Translations under genes and position numbers: made by a program
Part shown: positions 24,763 to 37,600 of the stretch, piece by piece
Layout of the letters: each line of letters starts with the position of its first letter
Numbering within the stretch: position 1 is the first letter of the stretch
The notes under the pieces: model-generated
The model's database searches: none
What the model was told of the DNA's origin: nothing
What the model saw: only the letters and a program-made list of their open reading frames with translations
From: Trichoplax adhaerens
Lineage: Eukaryota > Animalia > Placozoa
Assembly: GCF_000150275.1 (NCBI RefSeq)
Contig: NW_002060948.1
Location: 4,042,759-4,106,758 of the forward strand
Length of the DNA: 64,000 nt
Reading direction: 5' to 3'

Positions 24763-25488
24763 AGCGAGCAAAATTGATGTCTATATATTATTCTATCGCC
24801 AGGTGTTTACACTGAAGAATGAATCAATACGAGTGACATTACTTTTAGCGAGTAAAGTTAATGTCTGTGTACTATTCTATCCTCAGCTGTTTACACTGAA
24901 GAATAAATCAATACGAGTGACATTGCTTTTAGCGAGCAAAGTTGATGTCTGTGTACTATTCTTCAGGTCTACTGACATTGCTTTTAGCGAGCAAAGTTGA
25001 TGTCTGTGTACTATTCTATCGTCAGCTGTTTACACTGAAGAATGAATCAATACGAGTGACATTACTTTTAGCGAGCAAAGTTAATGTCTGTGTACTATTC
25101 TATCGTCAAATGTTTACGCTGAAGAATGAATCAATATGAGTGACATTACTTTTAGCGAGCAAAGTTAATGTCTGGGCACTATTCTATCGTCACGTGTTTA
25201 CACTGAAGAGTGAATCAATACGGGTGACATTACTTTTAGCGAGCAAAGTTATTGTCTGTGTACTATTCTATCTTCATGTGTTTACACTGAAGAATGAATC
25301 AATGCGAGTGACATTACTTTTAGCGAGCAAAGTAACTGTCTGTGTACTATTCTACAGCATTGTCAGCTTTTTAGATTGAAGAATAAATCAATACGAGTGA
25401 CATTACTTTTAGCGAGCAAAGTTAATGTCTGTGTACTATTCACCACAGGCTGTATCATCATCAGCTGTTTACACTAATAAGTGAATCA
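24763..25488. repeat. 84-bp minisatellite, about 8 copies plus a truncated 55-bp unit
   Basis: Unit is approximately GAGCAAAGTTAATGTCTGTGTACTATTCTATCGTCAGCTGTTTACACTGAAGAATGAATCAATACGAGTGACATTACTTTTAGC. The 28-aa period is visible in the ORF track. Confidence 0.95.
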
Positions 25489-26927
25489 TTGTTAGTAACA
25501 TCCCTTTTAGTCCATCTTTTCCATACTCTGGTGTCTTGAGTGTGCGACTTTGTTGCACCTCCATGGCGCATTCCAATCATAGCTGAGGCATTTTCCATTG
25601 GGCTTCCATTGCATACAGTACAGCTAGCGAGCACTTGCACCGACACGTACCATACAGTCCTATTTTCTAGTAACAGTATGACAATAGCTTCTATTCATAG
25701 CGCAGACGTGTACTGGCTTGCACCATAGATACGCGATGGCAAACGCTGCTACGCCTTGATTATAAATTGACATGCAATGCAATCCTTGCATGTTATTCTT
25801 TCAAATCACTTGTGGTAATCCTATCGAAGTTTGCCTTCCAATTTGTAAATCATCCAATTCCTAGGCAAGCTTTCCTTAATCGGTAACGTTGAATTTTATT
25901 TTCTTGTTGATTTAGTTTTGGTAGTATTGCTAGTTGTTAATAATGGATTGCATCGTCGTGGATAGTAGCATCATGACATGATTGGGGAAGGATTGTCGTC
26001 GATCATGATGATCATTCATATAAGAGTAATCTTACAAAATCGATTTGAATCGGTACCTTTCATGCTCTTTTGAACTATTCCGTAGTTTTAATAAGACATT
26101 GTTATTTTCTACTGGCACTTTGGAGTGGGTTACGGTAGTGGTGGATCATTGTTCATGGTTATACAGTGGCGATGATCGTGATTAACAACAACAAATCGAG
26201 TGCAATACCCTCAGCTGCACAAGACGTATACAAAACACATTCCATCATTCCTAATACGCGTAGTATAGTATTTTAGCTACGACTATCCTGCCGATAGGAT
26301 GTTCATAACAGACCGTCGAGAAATTTCTCTACGGTCTCTATGCTGTACTCAAATTCTGTAGTGTCATAGTGCTTCAGTTAAAAATGAGGCATCAAGCATT
26401 CCACTCTATTGCCGTACATTTGGCCCTGCCATATGAACATCGATATCTTGAAATACTCAGCGTAAATGGCAGATGGGAGACGATCATTTCCGATGCCTAA
26501 TAAGGAATAAGTTATTTTTTATCCTTCTTCAATAATAATACTGTCATGAGTGAATTGAATCAGTGAGTAACACGGATACTGTCGTAAGACTCATCACTGT
26601 GATCACGTTCAAAAAAGAAATAATAAGGATATAGACGGCAGCAACCCATAGCAGCTCAATAAGCCTATGGGCCGTGCACAGTATACCGTTGAACAAGCGA
26701 CATCCGTGTCTAACAGGAGCTCAGCAATTGGTGCAAACTCATCTCACGACACGACTAACGATGATAAATATGGACTTACTATGCTGTACAGTGTACTAGA
26801 CTACTAGTCGAGCTTTGTATCCATGCCTATAGCTCAACTCCTTGTCTACATTCTTCAATACTACATTATAGATATTTTGCAGAACTATCCTACTCAAAAG
26901 ACGTATTGAACCGTGCACTCCGCTTGT

Positions 26928-29900
26928 ATGCTACCCTTGTTTACCTCTACTGGTCGACCCTATTTACGTGTATACTTCCAAATTCACCTTGCAAGTTTAT
27001 CCAGGTTGCGATTACTATCCAACTCGATAATCGCTATGCCCATTGAATTTCTAGCTGAATATGATCGTAGCGGTCGTGCCAGTTGTAAAGGATGCAAACA
27101 AAAACTAGAAAAGAAAGCTTTACGTATTGCTAAAGTTGTAGAAAACCCTTTTGGAGATACAGGGGAGACCATGAAACAATGGCATCACCCGAAATGCATC
27201 TTTAATTCCTTCATAAGAGCAAGACCAGCTACAAAAATTATTCAAACTGTGGCAGATATTGATGGATACGATGACTTGGAGGATGATGATCAAGAATCAG
27301 TGTCACAAATGATAACCGGTAAGTTATTCTGTAAATGTTGTATTATACAAGTATTGTTTGCTGTAGAATACAATCTCGAATTTTTTTCCTCGAGATATTT
27401 ACTGTACTGTATGTGTACAAGAGTACAAAGTACTCTGCATTGGTTATAATTAATCAATAAATAATGTTTATATAATCGAATACAACAACTAGATTGCTTG
27501 AAAGAGCGTGGTAATAAACAATCGAAAAAGAAAATGGTTCAACAATCTATACCCTTTGCTAAAGGTATCCTCCTGCATTCATTTATCTACTTGCAACCAT
27601 TTATTAATGAGCAATTTTTATTAGCTAAACGATTACCTACAGTTATTCGATTGATAGATAGATATTTTTATTATATCTTACATCTTTATATATATACAGT
27701 GCTGTACTGTTCAGTAATAGATTTTCAATAGTTTGTTTTGACTATGATTATCAATTGATCGATACTCTTGATAATTATTTGGAGAGTAGCAGGTCCTTCA
27801 GGTTTCAGTAAGCCTAATTCGGGCTGGAATAATTCCAAAAAAGCGTATCATAGCTCAACTTCCAATAATAACAATAGCCAAGATGACAATTCCTTCCAGC
27901 TCTTTACAAGTTTGTGCGATAAAATCGGCAACGTTGGTAGTTATTTAGCCAAGACTAAAGTTGTTGCAGATCTGCTAAAAATGGGCAGTAACGGAAGTAA
28001 GTAAACTATTGAATTTATTGAATTTACTTCTAATACCAATATCTATCATTTCTTATAATAGATTAATAAAAATGACAGGTTCAATTTTTATTCTTTATTG
28101 GCATCCATTTATATGATACTGTTAAAGTACAGTGTAATACCGGCTTATAAAATATCACTACTCTTGTTGACGCAATAGTAATGTATAGCTCATGGATTCA
28201 ATGCCAATAATTTTATTCATTTTTTGGGATAGATGGCTATGAAGGAGATATTTATTTACTTATGAAGCTTTTACTACCTGGTATTGAAAAACGTGTTTAC
28301 AACTTGCAGAGCAGACAATTAATCAAGCTTTTTAGCCAGGTAACTTTACCTATAACATAGTTGATTTCGGATTAAACCTAAACCACTTCATATGCGTAAA
28401 TCATGAATCCTATTTATTGATTACAAATCTTTTAGATATTTGTATGTGATTACGACGAAATGCTCGAGGATTTAGATAAGGTAGAATATACATCTATCTC
28501 TGGACAGAATTATTAATTACGTCAATGATACAAGGAATTTATTTTCATCTAGGGAGACGTTGCCGAAACAATTACGGATTTCTTTGCCAACAATACGGCT
28601 GTAGCGCCGTTAAATCGAAGTCTTTTAACTATGCAAGAGGTAGATTCAGCTAGCAAATTTTAATGCCATGTAGCCCAATATTAATTAATATCATGTATAT
28701 CCTGAATGAATCGTAATTGTACTCCAGGTTGACGATCTATTAGATGAATTGAGTAACGTAACTAAAGAAGATATGCAACTTAAAGTGTTGAAAAAAATTG
28801 CAAGAAGGTATAATTTCAGATGCTTCAAGAAAATTTAGCTAGGAAGATCCAAATTTATTCTAGTTTTGTACTCGTTATAGATGTACTACAGAAGACTTAA
28901 GGTACATTATTAGGCTTATCAAACATGATCTAAGAATCAACGCTGGCTCTAGGCATATGTAAGCATAATAGTACAATATTCGTATCTATAGGACATTGTT
29001 AGATAATCTGTGCTGGTTCTGATTTAAAAGTCTCTTAAAAAGTGATATACAATCTTCTTATACGGCTTATTTATTATGTTAATGTTCCTTTAATTAATTG
29101 CATTTCTCCTTCCGGTATCGATATCTTGTATAGATTGGATGCTCTTGATAAGAATGCTCATGCAGCATATCAAGCTTCCAGTGATTTACGTGATGTTGTA
29201 GATCGATGTTTAGCACGAAAGACTGATAGGAATAATGATGATGACGATGGAGCACCAAAATTGAAACGAGATCTTAGTATACGCGCTTCTTTAATGACTC
29301 CTGTCAGGCCGATGTTGGTTAGATGCTTTATTTTGTGATGGATAAATAAAATAAATAGAGAATTAATACGATACAAGATAGTATTAATTGTATGCTACTA
29401 ACTACCACAGGCAGAAGCATGTAAATCGATCAATACTGCAATCAAAAAATGTCCAAAAGGAATGTTTGCCGAGATCAAATATGATGGCGAAAGAGTACAG
29501 GTATTCTTGTTATATATTTAATTGTAAATTAATAGATAGATCAATTTCTATGTGCATTGGAATATATTTTGTGTTTCCCTTCTACGCTATACGAGATTAT
29601 GCAAATTAACGAAGAGAAACAACATGTATCTATACTTTACTGTAAAGACTGTCGGCAGTGACAAATATTTATTAACGGTAATTCGCAAATGCCAATGCAG
29701 ATTCACAAAAACGGACAACAATTTGAATATTACAGTCGAAGCTTGAAACAAGTTATGCCACACAAGGTATAATTAAGAGCGATCATATGAGTGGGAATAG
29801 GAATTATATTGACGGATGATAATATCTTGTAAACTAGGTTAAGGACATAAAACAATATCTGCCGCAAGCATGTCCGCATGGTAATAGTATCATCCTGGAC

Positions 29901-32799
29901 AGTGAGGTAGATATGCTAAGGAAATCCTTTCATTTCTAAATCATAAAAGTATATGCTATCTTTCATTAATAAGCTGACTGTAATATTGACCAAATGCACT
30001 TATTAATTATTAAGGTATTACTAGTCGATAAAACTGGCAAGCCTTTACCATTTGGGACTCTTGGAGTTCACAAGGTTTTTTATCCAATTTGCAGACGTAA
30101 CTTGTATGTCCTTAATGAAGTTACTTCTTATTACCTAACTGTCATGATGCATTAATCTTAGAAACAAAATTTTTCGGACGCTACCGTTTGCTTGTTTATT
30201 TTCGACTGCCTGCATTTCAATGGTAAAGATTTGATGCAAACGTAAGTTTAATATTCTTTCTTCGATTAACTTCATAAAAATACAATTATCAATAGTGGAT
30301 TACTTCTTAGTAGCTATTACTGAAATTAAGTTTACTTTCAGCTCCATCATCGATAGACGGAAGATATTAGAAAGCAATGTCCAGGAGATTCCTGGTCGGA
30401 TAATGTTATCAGAGAAGAAACTTGTTCAAAAGGAAAATGAACTTACGGGATTAGTTTCACGAGTAATTAGAGAGGGCTTGGAAGGTCTTGTATTAAAAGA
30501 TGTGGAGGTAATAAGCTATTGTTGTCTGTGGGGATAATTGTTGATGTTTCTATCGAATGAATACGAGTAAAGTTTTCTAATATCGTTTTTAAATCTAGAG
30601 CGTATATGAACCAGGAAAGAGACATTGGCTAAAGGTAACATTGAAACCAACTAATAATTCTTTAACATCCCGTCAAAGATGAATTTTTAATTACATGAGT
30701 ATCTATTTTAGATATTGTAAAAACTTTGAGCCCGATCTAATAATGTAGAAGTAATAGATTATATATTAATGTTGACAGATAAAAAAGGATTACCTAGCTG
30801 AAGGAAGTATGGCAGATAGTGCCGATCTTGTTGTGCTTGGAGCATACTACGGTACCGGAAATAAAGGTAGGTCGCTATAAATCTATTTATTAATTTTATA
30901 AATGCAACTCTTCCTCCTTGCATAATCATCATTATGACTGTAGTGTATATTAAAACTATTACATTTTAAAATTCAACATTTAACATCATTATATGTAATA
31001 TCATCGCTGCCTGACTTCAGGTGGAGTTATGTCGGTCTTCTTGATGGGTACATATGATGAAAGATCTGGTCGTTGGCGTACCGTTGCCAAATGCGGTAAT
31101 GGCCATGATGACAAAACTTTGGATAAAATTAACAAAGAACTAAGCGTTGTTAAAATAAGCAAGGTAAATCTGATTACTTACGATTATACTGTACGTGCTC
31201 ATATGATCTGTATTGATGAATACATCTGTATAATATTAGCTCTGGATTAAAAATATATTTGCTAAACCTTCAATAAATGGCTTTACAATAGGATTTTTCG
31301 AAGGTTCCTGGCTGGTTAAATGTTCATCGTAGCTTGGTTCCTGATTTTATTGTAACTGATCCCAAGGTAATAACGCGATTGTCGGTTGTGCTACCATATT
31401 TTTACAGTTAGTAATAAGAACTGTACCTAATGGTTGTAACATTGTCATTGTTTTTCAAACTTGTTAGACAGCGCCCGTATGGGAAATTACTGGTGCTGAA
31501 TTTAGTCAGTCTACTGTTCATACAGCTGACGGTATTTCTATTCGCTTTCCACGAGTTACGAGGATTCGCGATGATAAAGATTGGACAAATGCTACCAATT
31601 TAGATCGCTTAAAGGTTAAAATAATACTAATGATAATGGCAATTCTATTGCGTGTAAGATTTACAACATCACTCTAGAACTTTTCGTCATTTCTACTATA
31701 GACGTTGTACGAAAATTCCAAAGATGCTTCAGGTACTTAGATTTTACTTCGTATATTTAGCCATAATTATATAATGAAATCTGAACTGAAATTGCGGCTC
31801 TTTATAGATATTGCAGATTCTTTACTTGGTGTTAAGAAAGAAGTGGATGATGAAGGAGAATGCAGTAGCAGTAGTAGTCCCGATAAAACGGTTACCAGAA
31901 AGCGTAAAGTAGAAGAGTTAGAGAAAGAAAAAACTACTATAGCTGATAATAAGGTATTATTTAAAATATTGTTGAAATATGAATGTCTTACTAAATCTAT
32001 AATTACCCTGTATTTGCTATTTTGCAACATAAACATAATATCATGCGGTGATCGATAGACTGTTTCATCTTAATGAATACAGGTGATATCTAAAATACCT
32101 TGCAAGTATGGTCCTAATTGCTATAGGAAGAATGGTGAACATCTAGCCAATTACAGCCATAATAAGGTAATTTTCATAGGATATTGGCATGTCAACGACG
32201 TTCTTGGTTTATGATGAAATATTTTAAATTTGAATCATTGTAATTTTTTAAGGAGAATGGTAATAGTTCTCCAAATGCCTGTGGATCACAGATTAAACAG
32301 GTATCATTAACTGTATAATTGAAGTGGTAGAAGCCTACAAATTATAACCTTCTAATATTGTTATTCAGGGTTTACCCAATTTTTTCCACGGATTGAAATT
32401 TGTCATTTCAAGTGATGTCCCCCATCAGCGTAACATTACGCGTCATATCATTGCGTATCCTTTATTATATTTATATTACTACAGGCCGTACTTGCGATTC
32501 TTTATTAAAAACGTCAATGATGGCAGTTTCTTTAACAGTATTGAAATAAAGCTTTGATGGAGATGTTTTAGATGAATTTAAAGAAGACCAAGCTGACCAC
32601 ATTATTGTGAATAGCAATCGTAATAAAAAGGTAAATCATATACAGTAAGGACGATACCTAACATCAATGAATAATACAAAATATATTCTTGTGACCAAAA
32701 ATAACTCTTTCTTGGTATTTGTTTGAATAGGATGATTCGTCTAAGTATATGACCGCATCAGAATTTTGGGACTTTTATAAGAAATCGAAACAATCTTAA
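26928..32799 (+). CDS. LIG3: DNA ligase III (PARP-type zinc finger, DBD, adenylation and OB domains, PBZ finger, BRCT); alternative ATG at 27036
   Basis: zf-PARP AEYDRSGRASCKGC..WHHPKC; motif I EIKYDGERVQ (~29470-29500); EGLEGLVLKD; YEPGKRHWLK|IKKDYL; DLVVLGAYYGTG; CGNGHDD; SIRFPRVTRIRDDKDW; BRCT-like LPNFFHG..RHIIAFDGD. Stop TAA at 32797-32799. Confidence 0.95.
32455..32551 (+). other. U12-type (minor spliceosome) GT-AG intron in LIG3
   Basis: 5' site GTATCCTTT, branch site TTCTTTAAC at 32528-32536, AG 15 nt later, no polypyrimidine tract. Removal restores RHIIA|FDGD. Confidence 0.85.
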
Positions 32800-34669
32800 T
32801 AACCATCTCGTTATTAACTGATCGTTTATTTTAACAATGTATGTAGCTTATAACGAATTTGTAATGGTCAATGCGCTAATGAATTGTTGTCCAAAATTTT
32901 GATTATTATAAATGTAACCTTACCGGTACTGTATTCTTATGGGTGTTCTATTTACGGGAATATATGTAGATAGTACCATATTACTTGCCTTTCCAGGTAT
33001 CTGTCGATAATTGATCATGGATTAGGAGAAAACTATTCTTACTCAGATCCAAGTCATTAAATTGATTTTTAAGCCAGGATTAAACGAATGCTATAAAAGT
33101 CAATACAAATTGACAGTTAGCACTAAATATGCTATGTTGTAGACGACGCTAACATGGAGTTGTAGTGAAATTTTATCTATAATTAGTTAAGTATAGCGAC
33201 TATAGACTTTCTGTTACTGTAATATAGGTATTTCTGACTGAAATTTATTCTGATTTTTGCTATCTTTGCATGTTTTATTCTATTGCGATATTGCGTTATT
33301 ATTCCTATGTATCAGTAATGATTAATCATAGAATAAAGAATATCTTGTTATTTGAGTGTAAATTTTGAAGTAGTCCAAGTTTTGTGAGAATGCTCGAATA
33401 TTTACCGGGTCCTTGGACGCAATATTAGATAAGCCCTGTAGCTCTCACAGAATGAGTTGTCCTGATTTAACTTCTTGATCAGAATCATGAGAGTATCACA
33501 TTTTATGCTCATTTTTAGAGTTGATAGGCTAAGATCTGCCATTGTTTACTGGGTAATTTGCCCGTTATAGTTTCAATTCTTACTGCTAATGCACAACGAA
33601 GACTCCGTACACTATTACTGACATCTTACGTGCGATTGCTGCTAGAATACTTGCGACGTGTAACAATAGGCAGTCTTAAATGTGCTATATATTGTTTAAG
33701 TTAATCTAGCGTTCATCAGAAATAAATTTGAAATAGATAGGAAAGATTTCATGGATCCTATATAAACATTTAAAACATTTAATCAAATCTTGAATTTCTC
33801 AAAATCAAACATCAATTTTTCGAAGGCTTTCTTGAAATACATATAGCATACTTACACCAATCAAAAACTAAATGCGCTAATATTACGGATAGTAATTAAA
33901 ATTAACATGTGACACTACAGTAATCAATTATTCTATTAGACTGGCACGCGTTATAGTAGTGTTAGTAAATATATGTATCTTGTCTTACGCGTATGCCTAG
34001 CCACATTATCATTATTCGCTTTCACTAGTAAACGACTTAGAAGCGTACTAGAATGAGCTATTTTGTGGATAAACGGCATTTAATATACTGGCAATCACCA
34101 TTCATCGGGAAATTTTTTACCGACGGTTATCGACAATTGGGCAATTGTCTGAGATAAACGTGAGTTACATCTGCGTTGGCTTATCAGAAATAATTTTATA
34201 ATTGATATTTTAACGAACAAAATCGATTGCGTTATGTACTATCTTACATGCTTATAACAATGTATCAATCTTAAGCTTAATTCATTTAACATAGTCGATT
34301 TTTGTTGTCGTTGATCACCGGATGGAAATAACAGAACAGAACTGTACTACGTATTTTTAAATAATTTTTGCAACATTCTTTATAGCATCATACTAGATAG
34401 CTACTTAAGAAAAGAAATAATGACGGGTTAAAGCGTGATAAATTGGCTAGTCAATAAAGGTATTACGAATGCAGTTAACAGATAATCCGGCAGTAAGTAC
34501 ACTGATTTACCTGCATCAGTATTTAAACAATAATAGCAGCAAAAAACAACGTAGATAGTGAAAACACAATATAGGTAATACACTTATACTACATAATGAG
34601 TCGTAGCAAGTGAGTGTTAATAATCACTACAGTATCAAGTTATATATATATATACATGGGTGATGATGT

Positions 34670-37600
34670 TCAATTAGTAGAATTGTTTCTATTTAGCATA
34701 CGATGAACCATAGTATCCATAACATGAAAGAATTTTTGATCACTTGAGTCAGCAAATCTCACTGCAAGTTTACGAGGAGACTGTCCACTACTGTTAGTCA
34801 TCCAGGTCTTACTATTATTTACACTGTCGTCTTTATTGGGTGTAGTAGAAAATGATAATGATAAATTATTATTTGATGATGACATTGAAACGTCCGGATG
34901 TCGAGGAGAAGAATGAGATCCTCCACGAGTGAAATAACGGCTGACTCCGTTCAGGAAATTTCCCTAAAATGGAAGATAATACGAATAAAACAGTATAACA
35001 ACTCATAATGTATAATTATACAGGGCTAACGTAATTTACCAATTCAGTACTGAGTTCCCATCGTAACATTTGTTTATCATTATGTGATACATCTGAATGA
35101 CATAAATATAGAAGGGCTTGCGATAATATTAGTACTTGACAATTTTCCAAAATATATAAAAGTGCAGACCTAATAGCAGAAAGTATAGCTTAGGGACTTA
35201 GAAATTTGTAAGCAGCGGTATTTACGTTTCAATTAGGAATATTGAAATTTTCAGATTGATATTATACCTTAATTTGGATTTATGAGACACATCAACGCTT
35301 ACTGACGAATTTAAATTCTGATTAGTGGGTGATTTTAATAATGTGGACCGATGATACTCAAGCTGTAAGAATATCAATGCACAGTATTACCATCTACATT
35401 ATTCGACGCATAAATTATATGTGTTTCCAACAGAATTCTTAGATATGTCTATATTTAGCATCTTCGATAATACCTTATTCAATAGTGTTAGAGCCATAGT
35501 TTGACAAGCTAGCATTGCTCCAAATGATACAGGGCCATCGTCTTCTGCCGCAGGTGCATTATATGATAATAATAACATTGGCTTACGGTCTAATTGTTCA
35601 ATGTTCTACAAGATAATAAAATTTTGTGTGGTCATCGATCACGAGGAACAAGTGCACTATGACAAGAATATAACTGACATTTTCTGTTACTAGGTATGTT
35701 AAATCCGGAGAAAATTGTCTCAGAGCGGATAGTCCTTTACACAGTATATTCACGAGGCTGGTAAATATATGGAGGAAGCAAGTAAACGACCGATAAAGCA
35801 TTATGACCGCGATTTGCATATGGTTAATAAAATTTTATATACCAGATCTGAACTTTTTCAAATAAAGGCCGGATTTCTGGTGATATTTGATCTTCATCAG
35901 GTTCTTTCGAGAAAGAGACAGTCTTTAAATTTGTGGAAATTGGTATATGGTGAATAGATGTTCCAGGTTTCTTTTCGGGTGAACTATGCTGTAATAAATT
36001 CGTTAATAATTATAATGATTTACGTTAGATATTTTATAAATTGCTGCAGGCGTTTTTAAGGACCAGGGTAGCAAATAGTTGACAATACCTTAACCATATG
36101 ATGTAGCAATTGCGATCTACTCAGTAAGATTGTACAGCTTCGACACAATGACATGATAGAAATCTTTACGATAAAGAAAAATATTTATATTAGAACTGAA
36201 TATAGTTTTAATCTTTATCGCTAGAAAATTACCTGCATTCTGTTGAAAACAATCGGTAAATCAAATTGCCATTTATTTTCGAAATGAGCTAGTTGAAAGA
36301 GAAAGTTCATTATTTCTTCAGCTTCTTCCAGGCATTCTAATGATTGATTGTAGCGTACGCTAGCCAAAACCTGTTCGAATATAAAAAAATATGCCTACTT
36401 TAATCGCATATGGCTGGGTTTGCGTTGTTGCTATTACGCTAATGATCAAAATTTATGTATGGATAATGAATTGTAAATTCGTAACCTTCTCCATTCTCTC
36501 ATAGTGAACGCCAACGAAATTAAAAGCATCTGCTAGGAAGCTATGGCGTGATATTCCAAGGAGTATACTCATCAGAGATATTCCTAATCTCCACGTGCGG
36601 CGCCATTCTGATTTGTTGTTGGGTTTCTTTTTCACTTTCTGTAGTAACATAATTAGACGCAATAAAGTATATTTATTCTTTATCAGGAAAATAATTACGA
36701 ATTCAGCTTGTACGTACAGTTTCACTAGCATACACGCTGGCATCTTTCTTGGAAGACCATGAATCGATTATTGGTAAAGTATAGTTTTGTGGAAAATCTA
36801 AACATAGATACTTGCTAACGCCATTTAAAACTAAGGATTCTGCAGCCTATGCACAAAATCGAAATTTAATGTAAGAGCAATACGAACAGAGATTGGGAAA
36901 CAATGTCGCTTTAGAAATACCGTCGGGGTTTTCTTCGTCATTTGAATGAAAAGACAAAGTGCTGCTTCAATCAGTTCTGCGCCATCATCCCGCTAATGAA
37001 TCAAAGCGCAAAATTATAGTTGAAGATATTAACTATAATGACACACAACGCCCGAGCACTTACGTAATGATATAATATAGCGAAGTACAGTGATGAAATA
37101 TCAAACCTGAAAACTAATTTCCATGAATTTTAACAGAGTTTGTACAACATTGTATTCGATTAATGTGGGTAGCAGCACTTCTAAATTCTGATGCAATTGT
37201 ATAATTTCGCACAGGAGGTATGTCGACGTTATAGGTAGCTTCAGTAGATAAAAACTATGAATTACGTTCTTGTCGTTTGTACGTTCATACAACAAAGCTG
37301 AAATAGTAATATTACTAGTTACGGCTTACTTTGCTTTTCTTCGTCTTTGCTTTATCAACACTTTCTTTGAATTCTTTAGAAGTAAGGATTTGTAGATTGC
37401 TTCTTGTATTTTTAATATGATCTTTAACGATTTCTGAAATCATTGCCTTTTCTTCATTTTTATAGAATGGAGGAAAATTGTGACGCTGGATTGTTTCACA
37501 TACAATATTCGTTAAGTCCAAAAATGTCACATCTCTTAGTTGACCTATATTAAGATTCAGTTAAGTAGTGAAGAAAGTAAGCTGGACATTAAAGCGGTAG

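Noticed and set aside
24763-25488. CRISPR array or repeat-protein ORFs (24803-25379)
   Set aside because: Whole units repeat with no unique spacers, there are no cas genes and the context is eukaryotic. The ORFs are interrupted by a frameshift and a stop and arise from the 84-bp period.
27565-27573. GTATCCTCC donor in LIG3 as a second U12 intron
   Set aside because: Deviates from the U12 consensus at +8 and no U12 branch site precedes the likely acceptor.
34752-34775. PP1-docking RVxF in the NUP188 tail (RKLAVRF)
   Set aside because: Spacing does not fit [RK]-x0-1-[VI]-x-[FW].
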